The position numbers and the translations under genes were made by a program. 64,000 nt of DNA from Octopus sinensis (lineage: Eukaryota). Positions 52,920-64,000 of the stretch are shown piece after piece (within the stretch, counting starts at the first letter, position 1; each line of letters opens with the position of its first letter). The stretch covers positions 44,454,001 to 44,518,000 of the forward strand of contig NC_043003.1 in assembly GCF_006345805.1 (NCBI RefSeq), written 5' to 3'. Below the pieces are notes generated by a model. That model was not told the DNA's origin and did not search any database. It saw only the letters and a list, made by a program, of their open reading frames with translations.

Positions 52920-53140
52920 GAACTGTGATTTTGCGTTTGAGTTTGGCCCCTACCACGGCGCGACAACCGATGTTTGTGAGTTTACGTCCCCATTAGTGGT
53001 TCGTGAAAGGGACTAATAGAATAAGTTCCAGAATTTAATCAAAAGAGTGCTGGGATTGATTTGTTCGACTAAAAGCCCTCCAAAATTATGCCCCCAGGAT
53101 GGCTGTAGTCGAATGACTGAATCAAGAAAAAGAGAAATGT
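52920..53140 (+). mobile_element. Diverged SINE family A tail half
   Basis: GACAACCGATG...TTTACGTCCCC...GATTTGTTCGACTAAA...GAATGACTGAA..AAGAAAAAGAG. Confidence 0.75.
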
Positions 53141-53399
53141 TAAAATACGTACAGATTTGTTGATGTATTTTACATCGACGTAGAAGGAAGGAAATATTAG
53201 ACAAGGATTGTAGCTCGTTCGTTCAAACTGAATACTTCATGATATATCCCTCGTTAATATATCGCTTTAACTTATGTGGGCGTAGATGGTTGGTAACTAT
53301 TAACACCATATAATGAATGGGGTAGAAATGATATTTGTTCAATTTCGGGTCTTAAATATGACAATATATATGCATCAGCTTAGAGTGAACGACTATACC

Positions 53400-53560
53400 G
53401 CATTTTCCCTAAGAATAATCCAGAGCTAGAAAATATCTACACATCAATTTTCCCTCACACTCATACACTCTGGAATCCTCTGTTGATATATTGTATAGAA
53501 TACAACACTCCAGTGGTCCCTTTTACAAAAGATGCTCGAAAAGGAGATGTGATTTAAATT
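53400..53560 (+). mobile_element. CR1/L2-like LINE 3' remnant
   Basis: Frame reads IFPHTHTLWNPL, resembling the SFFPRT..LWNSLP motif at CR1/L2 ORF2 ends. Confidence 0.35.
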
Positions 53561-54760
53561 ATCTCCATGTTTCAAGGTGTTGATCTTCAATAGACTTTTG
53601 CAATGCATCAATAACATGATGCGTAATGAAATTCTTGAACAGTTTCCTATAATCGGGATATGTGAAATAGATTTATTTTACAGAGGGTAGAGTCGTATAT
53701 AGCGTATTCATCAAGCATTTCCATCTTGTTTAAATGGGATTGCCGCAGAAAACATTGTTCTTAAAAGTTCTGCAATGGTCGATCGTTATTATTTTCTTAT
53801 AAATTGCCCTGTTTGACCATTGCAGGTTTTCAAAAGCATACCGCGAAACACGGAATCTTCCAAAGCCGTTACCTTCTATATGATAGAGATGCGATATTGT
53901 TTAGGTTCGAATTCAAAATAGGGTAATAGTTCTTCTGTTATCAATATATTTCAGATTTTTCATTGAGCACGAGAAATCTATTGTATACCATTCTTACGTC
54001 GAAAGGTACAGGGCAGTTTGACTATACGTGTTAAAGGCAAGATAAGACTTTGGAGATTGAATGCCTCTTTTGTGGAAAAAAATATCTTGACTATTTAGTG
54101 GAGTGCACATTGTTAAATCTTAATAGAATCGCAGTCTTGAACCACAGAAGTTATGTTCCGAAATGATAGTGATTTCGTTCGAAATATTGCAATACAATTC
54201 AGCTTTCGCAAGGAATACGCAATAGATGAAAGAAAAAAATGAGAACAAAGGATCCTATTGGATCTACATCCATGCCTATATATTTAACAGTGGTCTAATA
54301 AAAGAATCCTTACTATTTAAAATATAGAATATAGAAAGTTATCAGTTGATATTATAGAATATAGTAAATTATAAATTGTTATTATAGAAAACCGAAAATT
54401 GTAAGTTGTCGTTAATGTTGTTACCAAATGTTTCATATATGAATAAAATTATGACGCTACATGAATATAAAATCACAATTTCAAGACTTTGAAAAAATGA
54501 TTTATGACTTATCTGAGAAATTATCGATCGTTTCTGTATACTTTCACACGTGCCACTCCGTGAACTCGCTAGCTCCAAAATGATTTATGGAAAATGTTAC
54601 AACGTCATAAACTGACAGATGACAGATTGAATTAGAAAATACACTGCTTGTGTCAAATGGTCACATAAAGACGATTTTAGTTGTTGAAATGTCGGGCGTA
54701 CTGAGCCGCTATGTAAGGTGTAATTTTTTAGATTTCAAAAAGGTCTATATTACAATCGTC

Positions 54761-55270
54761 AAGGCGGCGAGCTGGCAGAAACGTTAGCGCGCCGGGCGAA
54801 ATGCTTGGCGGTATTTCGTCTGCGTTACGTTGTGAGTTCAAATTCTGCGTTACGTATTTCTGCGAGCTGGCAGAAACGTTAGCACGCCGGGGGAAATGCT
54901 TAGCGGTATTTCGTCTGCGTTACGTTGTGAGTTCAAATTCCGCCGAGGTCTACTTTGCCTTTCATCCTTTCGGGGTCGATAAATTAAGTACCAGTTAGGC
55001 ACTGGGGTCGATGTAATCGACTTAACACCTATGTCTGTCCTTGTTTGTCCCCTCTGTGTTTAGCCCCTTGTGGGTAATAAAGAAATAGGTATTTCGTCTC
55101 GTTACATTCTGAGTTCAAATTCCGCCGAGGTCGACTTCGCCTTTCATCCTTTCGGGGTCGATAAATAAAGTACTAGTTTCGCACTGGGGTCGATGTAATC
55201 GACCTAATCTCTTTGTCTGTCCTTGTTTGCCCCCTCTATGTTTAGCCCCTTCTGGGTAGTAAAGAAATAT
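54761..55270 (+). mobile_element. Tandem SINE family B array (head duplication, near-full copy, 5'-truncated copy)
   Basis: Head ~54761-54845, second copy ~54862-55090, third copy ~55088-55270. Confidence 0.9.
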
Positions 55271-58200
55271 ATGTAACGATCGTTATTCCCACATGATACA
55301 CATGTCTTCCTGTTTCAGAGCGGTCCGTTATTAGCGTGTAGGTGACGAAAATGAAGACGAATGACATCAATCTAGGGGACATGGGGAAAATCTTTCTCCT
55401 TAGGAGAGGCGCAAAATTTGGCAATCCCAGGTAATCTCTTTAAAGCAAATACCACTTGATATTTTATATAATTTAACAGGCAGAATATAAATTTGCACTG
55501 GTGCAAATGCTAATTAGCTTCTATCATTCCAAAGCTTTCCACATAGTCGACCATGGCTAAATGACATTTCTTCGAAAAGTAGTCGGCCTCGGTCCTGCCA
55601 TAAGAAACAGTATCGTACTCTTCCGTTTCAATCCGCCAAACTCTGGATTATAGCTTCCTTGCCAATTCAAGTCCTCTGCAGAGTTTATCTAGTTGCATTT
55701 GCTCCTTTGGGTATTAACAAATAAGACGTGATTCTTAAAACGAGGCTTTCGTGCTTTGTGTTTAAATTTTGAGGGGCAAAACCCAGCCAAAAATTGCTAG
55801 CAGGATAAGAAATGTGCCCCACCAGACATATAAAGCTTACGGACTTTCATTTTTTGTTTTCTTTCAGTCATGTCATATAATTATAAACATATTTATATTT
55901 ATTTTCTGGTTTCTTTTTATTTCGGCTATTTTATATTCCAACACTTCTCAAGTTATGTACATAATCTCCGTCACACATCCTAGTGTTTTATTTTAAAAAA
56001 AATCTAAATCATGATCGCTTTACGTTTATCCCAAACTTATTCGAAGCTATTTAGCTATTGAAGAAATTGTAGTTATTATTCCTACTATTAGTCAAAGTGG
56101 AAACATAATATCCCCATAATCCCTCCCAAAAGAGATTAGTTGTAGCCAACCACAATTGGCATACTGGTTCTAACTCAAGTTTTGCTCCACTTCTTAATAA
56201 TTCTTTTGTGCTTTTCATAATGTGGTTGGTTCGTGATAAAAATATGAGCATGACATTCAGTTAAAATGTATTCAGATAATCGTTTCATAGTCATCCCCTC
56301 GGCAGGAATTGTACACAACGTATATGATCTTAATTTCTTTCATGCAGAAAGCAAGAGTACGTACCTTTTCGAATTGTGGTATTTCTCAACATTTTCTCAT
56401 CCCTTTTATCTAATTCACGTGTTATCTGAACATTTTTGCATCAGATAATGAACAATATCTTGAGATATCTTCCATAATATCTACTTTTGATCTCTTGCTT
56501 CATTCCTGCAATAACTTCATTTTCTTCCAGTGCATTAAATCCATATTTTCATCAGCCACCCTGTTGAATGATTTTGCGTTGTTTCTAATGACTAATGCGT
56601 GAATTAATCTTGGAATATGCTTTTGTATTCTCCTTGTACCATTTTATTTCCTCATATTCGATAAGTGATTTTTTTTATAACAAAGTAAACATATAGGAAA
56701 TTGAAACATTGTTTAGGCTTCTGCAAGTTTAGGCTTCTGCAAGTTAACTGAAGGCAGCAGAATTAAGAAAGACGAATGCTACACATGGAAAGTGATAGTA
56801 GCAGTAAAGACAACAAATTCATCAACGAGAATAATTAAAATAGTAACAATGCCGGAAATACAGCATTAGTACCCTGATTGAGAAAGAAGTGTTTTCATTG
56901 TTGAAATTTGAAAGTTCGAAATATTGTACCACTGCTAAAAGGGTAATGGAGTTTAAATGTAAAAATATGAACATTAGCAGCAGCTATGATAGCAAAAGCA
57001 GAAGAAATGAAAGCACAGTAATTTTTTTTTCCAAAGCTGAAACATTTTGCACGAAATCATTAACATTTTGAAATGCTATAAACTGCCACACATTTTAGAC
57101 CAAAGAGGAAAGACAATTGTTCATGTTTACTTATCTATAAAAGAAATGAATTAGAGCGCATGCTTTCAAACTATTCTGAATTGTATTATAAAAACGTTTG
57201 CCAAAATATAATTTTCTAGGACATGCTCCTAATGACGGATGCATCAGATTTATTTTCCACTCTGAAACGAAACCCAGAAAAGCTTCATCGCCCTACAAAG
57301 GAATGGAGAGTGTACACTGCTACACCTCTTCCTGAAAGAGAGAGTGCTCTTAGTAAAAATCTATGACATAACAATGAACTTTTGTTTCGTGGCTGGAGAG
57401 ATATATGGTTTTCAAATATCCTAACATATTGCCAGAAATAAAGAGATTTAGAAGGAAAATTGGGTTGGGATTGGATAAGAGATTACGATTCAGGTGAGAC
57501 ACGAGTGCTGGACAAAATCATCGACCCCTTCGAGAAACGAAGCGCGCAGAAAACGCTGGTAATAGAGTAATATAGGTGCCTTAGTGATACGACAGAAGAG
57601 ACATTAAGATTTTCTCCACTACCAACAACAGCAACAGAAAATTACCAATGCATGGGAGGACTCACCACTACGAATACAACAAAATCAAAACAAATAGCAA
57701 CGACATTAAGTAACGCACAAGAATTTAATCAGTAACAAGAGCATGCAACCACTGCAAGAGTGACTAACAGACACTTGCAGCACCATCAGCAACAACAACG
57801 ATAACAACAATATTGGAAATACAAGAACCAAAGATAACTGGAGATGCAACGTCAGCAATGAGCATCATATTACAGACAACGGCAGCAGAATCACACTCAT
57901 ACCGTAAAAATAATTGGAAATATACCAACAATAATACGAACCCGCAAACTCCCGAACATGCCCGTTTCCACTCAACCCAAACATATATAATGTATGGCAT
58001 AGGTGACTGTGAAAAGCCGACAAGCCAACAAGCTTCTTAATAAAGGCAAACGACAGAAAAAGAACAATACCGATAGGAATAAGTATATCAGCAATTATAT
58101 CAACTAGACTATTTGTGTATTTTAGCAGACTTTGCAAGAAAGTTCATTATTTCAGATACAATTTACCGTAGGACTATCATTTGGCATAGCTTTCTAGGAG

Positions 58201-59012
58201 TTTCTCCCTCTTGCTAAATGAACATCTTCCATTCTTCTTCACTGCAGGCACTCATGATGTTGTCGAAGACTTGTAAACACGCAATGAATTTGAAACATGT
58301 CAGTGATACCGTGTGGTGAGTTTGTTTGCTTTCTGTTCTTCAGTATATATTTTCTACGTCGTATTTGATAGACGAAGCTACATGTATCAGGAAACCAGAG
58401 TCCCAAAAATGGATAAGGCGTATTAATACTGATTATTAGTTTTGGCAAGACCAAGAATCAGTAATATTGGGGAGGCTTTTCAGTCTTTAAGCACTAAAGC
58501 AATGAGGTTGCTGAAACCTCTATATCATTTTATGAACATGCTTGTCGTAGGAAGAAAGTTAAAGACTTGAGAGTTTTCAAATTGCTGATCTGTTACAGAG
58601 AGCATTGATCCCCTTGACTATAGAATACATCCAGTGAATCTTAACCTGACAACACTAATTTGGGTGGAAGCATTTCGGCGTTTTTAGATTAACCCTGCCG
58701 TCAGCCTGATCTCCTCGCGAGACCCGTAGAAGAAAGGCAATCATGGAATTTTATGGAATATCTGTTGTGGTGGATATGATGAATCTAGCAATTGGACGAG
58801 TGTATTGTAGTAGAGATGAGGCCTAAATTATTATTGAAATGTTATTGTTTAATAATATAAGTAATTACCTATTAGCCATCCAATTTAAACGCACAACTGG
58901 ATTGTAACTCATCAGACATGTACAGGCATCGCGAAGATGTCATCGAATACAACTGACAGATAGGCGTCGGGTTAATTACGTCAGAAAAGACGATGTTCAT
59001 GTTTATGCTGAT

Positions 59013-60298
59013 TACGAGGGGCGTTCAATAAGTAATGCCTCTGACCCACTTGCGTTTGTTTGATCTAGCTTAAAATGTTGCATGTGCAATTATTTATATC
59101 TTTATAGATTAAGTGGCAAATTACAGCTCTGAACTAATTGTGGTGTGTGATTTACAGGTGTTTGAACTGAGTCAAGTGTGAAATGGAGCCTGTTGAGTGT
59201 CGAGCAGTGATGCAGTTTTTGTATTTGAAAGGACGCACACCACGGGAGACTTTTGATGAAATAAAAGTAATTTATGGTGATGATGCCCCATCATATGACC
59301 TTGTAAAACGCTGGCATCGTGAATTCAAACATGGTCGGAACTTTGTGGAAACAGCTCCCAGATCTGGTCGCCCCCTTCTGCCATTGATGAGGCATCTGTC
59401 CGTCAAGCTGAGGCTGCCATTTTGGAAGATCGACGCATAACTATTCGCGAAATAGCCCATGAGGTCAAGATTAGTACCGGGTCTGTGGAAACTATCATTC
59501 ATGACCATTTGCATAAGCAAAAGGTTTCTGCCAGATGGATTTCCAGGCTGCTCACACCTTTCAAGAAGCAAGAACGCGTCGATAGCGTGAGGATGAACTT
59601 GAAGATGTGCCAAGAAGATGAGTCAAAATGTTTCAAAAGACTGATTACACAGGATGAAACCTGGGTCTATCACTATGATCCAGAGACCAAAGTCCAGTCA
59701 ATGCAGTGGAAGCACCGTGACTCACCTCATCCAAAGAAGGCAAGGGTGCAGCCCTCCGCTGGCAGGGTCATGCTCACAGTCTTCTGGGACCAGGACGGAG
59801 TAGTGATGACAGATTTCTTGGCAAAGGGTGCCACAATTACAGGAGTCTATTATGCTTCACTTTTGAGGAAATTAAGAGAAGCTATCAAAATCAAGAGGCG
59901 GGGCAAGATCAGCAAAGGCATCCTCCTCCTGCAGGACAACGCTCCGATCCACAACTCGCGTGTCGCCAGATCAGAAGCACAGGCGTGCGGCTATGAACTC
60001 ATCCCCCATCTCCTGACCTGCACCCTTTGATTTTCACCTCTTCCCAGCCATGAAGTTGTTTTTGAAAGGAAAGCGTTTCCCAGATGATGCAGCCTTGATT
60101 TCTGAATTCACGTCGTGGTTGGAGGACCAAGCTGGGGTCTTCTACAAAAACGGTCTTCAGAGCTGCTTCAAACGATGGGAGAAATGCGTAACTCTGGGTG
60201 GTTCCTATGTAGAAAAAGACTAATAACTGTGCCAAGTTTCGTTGCTCTACTGCTATGGGAAGTTGGTCAGGGGCATTACTTATTGAACGCCCCTCGTA
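59013..60298 (+). mobile_element. Near-full-length mariner transposon, same family as 20042-21340
   Basis: Same TIRs with TA at both ends; 1286 bp. Confidence 0.97.
59183..60223 (+). pseudogene. Mariner DD34D transposase with at least two frameshifts
   Basis: ORFs 59183-59440 and 59422-60030 (TQDETWVYHYDPETK, LLQDNAPIH); deletion at HPPYSPDL; stop at 60221-60223. Confidence 0.93.
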
Positions 60299-61680
60299 TG
60301 TCCTTTCAGTCTTAAATTTTGAACAAAGAAAATTTCCCTAGAAATATATATATCACTTCAATTTTTATAGCATTCACAGCTTAAAGTACAAATAAAACAT
60401 TTCGGCCACCCATCACAAACATATCAGTATATATATAATCTGTACAAAAAAAAATGAAAAAATATTCTAAACTTGTCTCGTTTAAGATACCCTGAAACTA
60501 AATGACATTGACAGATTTAATGGCTAGAATAAATATAGCTCAATAAATAAATACAAGTTATGTATTGCATGTTAATTGTCCTCGAGGGAAAATGCACAGG
60601 TGTCTTACGTTTTGCTAGGTAGTTGAATCAGTAATTGACAGGTACGTTCATAATTCACGATCTCCAAAATATCTACCCTAAATAACATATTTATTCACAT
60701 TTCTCTTGCAGTAATCTAAACTACTAGATTAAGCTTGATAGTCTCCTAAACACTTTAAAAATTTTATCATTGATAATAAAACTTTCTATCGATTGGGGAA
60801 TAATATATATTGCAAGATACAATGTAAAGTTTAGCGTAAGAATTTGAAGAAGATGGAAATGAAAAAGAAGAGGTACAAATTAACATGGCACATATATAGT
60901 TAAGAAATAAATTAGAATTAAACTGCGTGAAAACTATGCACAAGGAAATAAGAAATGAATATATTAAATAACAACAAAGAAATACTGAAATTCATTTGAA
61001 TCACAAAACTAGAACCGATACTATTAGCATATTGCTGTTACCATCGATAAATAACGCATTTATTAATAATACTCTTTATACTTCCAAATCGCCAGGCACC
61101 TGCAAAATACTTTTGTTCAATATAATGTTAATGAGAGAGGAACGCGGTCATAAAAGTCAAATATTCTTTAAATCAGTTGGTTTAGATATCAAGCAGCCAA
61201 CGTCTGTTCGAAACCTATAGCAATAATAAATTAAGACAGGCTATCACGGAAAACTCAAACAATAATTAAGTAGAATGCTACAAGTATCTTGTGATAATAT
61301 GTGCAGCATATCCGGTGCTTGACAACTTAGGAAGATGTAACAGTAACATTACTTTATACAAAATCTGAACTTTGGTCACGTATGATATTGTAGGAGAATT
61401 ATATGTGGAGATAAAGATCAATGACAAATATAATGATCAATGGCAAAGACATCACTAAATATCTCAGTAATAGAGCAAAAGCAAATTTAATAAATAAAAT
61501 TTCTAATCGAAAGTGCTCACTGGCTCGGACCTCAATGAAACTCTACAATATCAATTCATCTTGAACTTCCCTCATTTCTCTATAATATCTCTATTATATA
61601 TTCCTATATATTCCTATTTATATATCTATATATATTCCTATATATATATATCTAGATATATTCCCTCTATCTCTCTATAA

Positions 61681-62239
61681 TACTTGGTTATCCGGAATGT
61701 TCGTACCGATTTTTAAAGGAAAGAAAAAGGTTAATAAAAACTTGCCATTACATTTTTAATCAACCAAATATGAACCATTTTGTTGCATAATGCGTCTCCA
61801 TCTTTCCCTTACCTTGAAAATATCCTCTTCCCAGAATTGAGGTGGCTTCAAGGCAAAGAATTCATCAAAGTATCTTTTTACGTCATCTAAGGAATTGAAA
61901 TTTTCACCATTAAGACTATTCTGCACAGATCTGAATAAGTGGAAATCCGAAGGAGCAATATCTGATGAATATGGAGGGTGGGGTAACACATCCCAGCCGA
62001 GCTGCAGCAATTTCCCAAAGCATCAAGTGTCGAAAATGAATTTCTTATCTTCCACTTTAAAGGGTTACAGAATTAACACAGTTTATAAGAACATAAATCT
62101 TCTTCCACAAAAAGAAAGCTTAAATTGTGCTCTAAATGGAGGTGTAGTAAAATCCTATTTTATGAACTCAAACATGTTCTAAACTAAGTCGAAAGGTAAG
62201 CTACTACAAATCGCCACGAACTTTCTGGATAACCCAATA
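61681..62239 (-). mobile_element. Internally deleted mariner of a different subfamily (mellifera-like by recall)
   Basis: TIRs TTGGTTATCCGGAATGTTCGTACCGATTT and the reverse complement TTGGGTTATCCAGAAAGTTCGTGGCGATTT. The N-terminal (M)EDKK.HFRHLMLWE is fused to LLQLGWDVLPHPPYSSDIAPSDFHLFRS...QNGSYLVD. Confidence 0.9.
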
Positions 62240-63960
62240 TATCGTAATACACTATTATCTGTTAATAGTAAGTGATTATGCTGGATGTACACAATTTCCC
62301 GTCAGTCTACTCTCCTTCAGAAATTCGCAAAAAATTTGATTTTTTTTTTCAACTGTCGTGTCTTACCTCTTGTACTACAAACAATCTTGAGAATGTCATC
62401 TTTCTTATTTTAAGCAATGAATATTCCCCCCAGTAACTACCTAATTTTGATTGTCAACCCATCATTAGCATCATAGCTTGGCACTGTCTAGAATACCAAC
62501 AGATTTAATGCAGTTTGCGATGAATATGGTAGTTATAATTATTCCAATCACCATATTGAGTATCGTACTCAACGCAACAATTCGGCATTTAAAATTCAGG
62601 ATGATTTTCGTTCACTAATGGTTATTAGTAAACATATATGCACTACACTTTTACTTTGAAACCATGAATACTCGTAAAATACATATAATACAACATATAG
62701 AAACTGAAACTCATAATCTCTTTGGAACACGAAAGCAATATCATATTATTTCAAAACATTAAATCTTTCATTGACGAGTAACCTGACACTTCAATTATAT
62801 TATTGTATTTAGTCAAGCTTGTCAAGTAAGTAAATACCCACTAAATAAGTTGGTGACAGACAGAATCATTCAGTTGGGCAAATATATTTCAAACTTAATT
62901 TAGTTACAAAGCGCAACGCCACGTCATTGGATGAAAATATTTATCGATATTCAGACAAAATTTAACAAAATTGTAAAGGCTTAAGTATTGGATTACATCA
63001 TATGTATTTCCTTCTTTTTGTATTCAGGTGTAATGTGTTTTTATATATTAAATCTTTTATCAACCGTATTTCTAAGTGGAGAAGAAGGCTATGTCAGGAT
63101 CTGGTAGTGTTTTTATTGAGTTAAATTCCTGCCAATAGAATTAAAGTATTTTACAGCAATTTGCGTTTATATCGATGAATTTATTGTTATTTTCAATGTT
63201 ATTTATGCGAAAATTTAAGGTATCGGTGAAAATGGTCACTATATTGCTACAACGTATTATTTCCGATATTTTCTCTCGCTCTATATGTCATTAATTTTAT
63301 GTGTGTCACTTTATATAAAAGCTATCAAGTATTTGGTTAATATAATCTCTGAGAGACTTGTAAAATCTGAGAATGGAAATGCAATACAAACTACCAATTA
63401 AACATATAAATGGAACCGCATCACATGTCATCAGTACTTCATCTCTGTGAAATTCTAATGAATATTACAATGACAGTAACAATCTGCATTCATTTCAAAT
63501 CCATTCGACGAGAAATAATTTGAATCAATTTTGTTGAGTTACCAATATAATAGCATAGTATCGCTAGTATCACTATGACAACGCTGTCAAACGACATATT
63601 TTGATTGTCCAGTAAGTACGTCAATTCCATTTGATCATTATTTGGATCACGTATGCTAATCAACTGAATTTCGTTTTGGAAACTCTTTCTTTATGTACTA
63701 CGGAGTTCAGTCTCATTACTACACATACACAGCTATAACTATGGATCTTAAAACAATGTAAATTACTTTTCTTCTGTTAGTGGTTTTAGTCAGTGTGATT
63801 TGGTAATACAGGGGTAATGGCATCTGAGTGTTAGAAGGTACTATCAATATTAGCACTTTCATTGCTAATACTTATCTTATCGTCCCCATTTATGGAATTT
63901 TGAACCCAACGTGGATAATTAAAAGGGACACATCAAGACACAATTCCACGTTGGTGACGG

Positions 63961-63992
<32 letters not shown>

Positions 63993-64000
63993 CCATTTCC

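Noticed and set aside
58865-58920. Minus-strand CTGATGA followed by a hairpin
   Set aside because: The GAAA half of the core is absent.
55300-58980. Possible old LINE remnants or host exons
   Set aside because: No motif could be read with confidence; left unannotated.

Overview
AT-rich, microsatellite-dense eukaryotic non-coding DNA. The two dominant tRNA-headed SINE families look like ones I recall from Octopus genomes, so a coleoid cephalopod source is likely; this is inference, not a database result. I could not support any intact host protein-coding gene. Nearly all listed ORFs are microsatellite read-throughs or frameshifted transposon remnants. The window holds four mariner transposons (two near-full-length copies of one family in opposite orientation), several R4/Dong-like RLE LINE fragments tied to (AAT)n tracts, Penelope-like retroelement (PLE) fragments of at least three types, CR1-like and possible Tx1/L1-like remnants, many SINEs, two 5S rRNA-derived copies and several foldback/MITE elements. 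Best leads: (1) a ~450 bp near-perfect hairpin at 29503-29954 whose right arm holds an intact-looking type I hammerhead ribozyme while the mirror arm has a broken core, plus three more hammerhead-like motifs next to PLE sequence; (2) two 5S copies, each 14 bp upstream of a tRNA-SINE through a similar linker, suggesting a 5S-tRNA composite SINE; (3) a tandem chain of Dong-like LINEs separated by (AAT)n tracts. No CRISPR or prokaryotic-type system is present.
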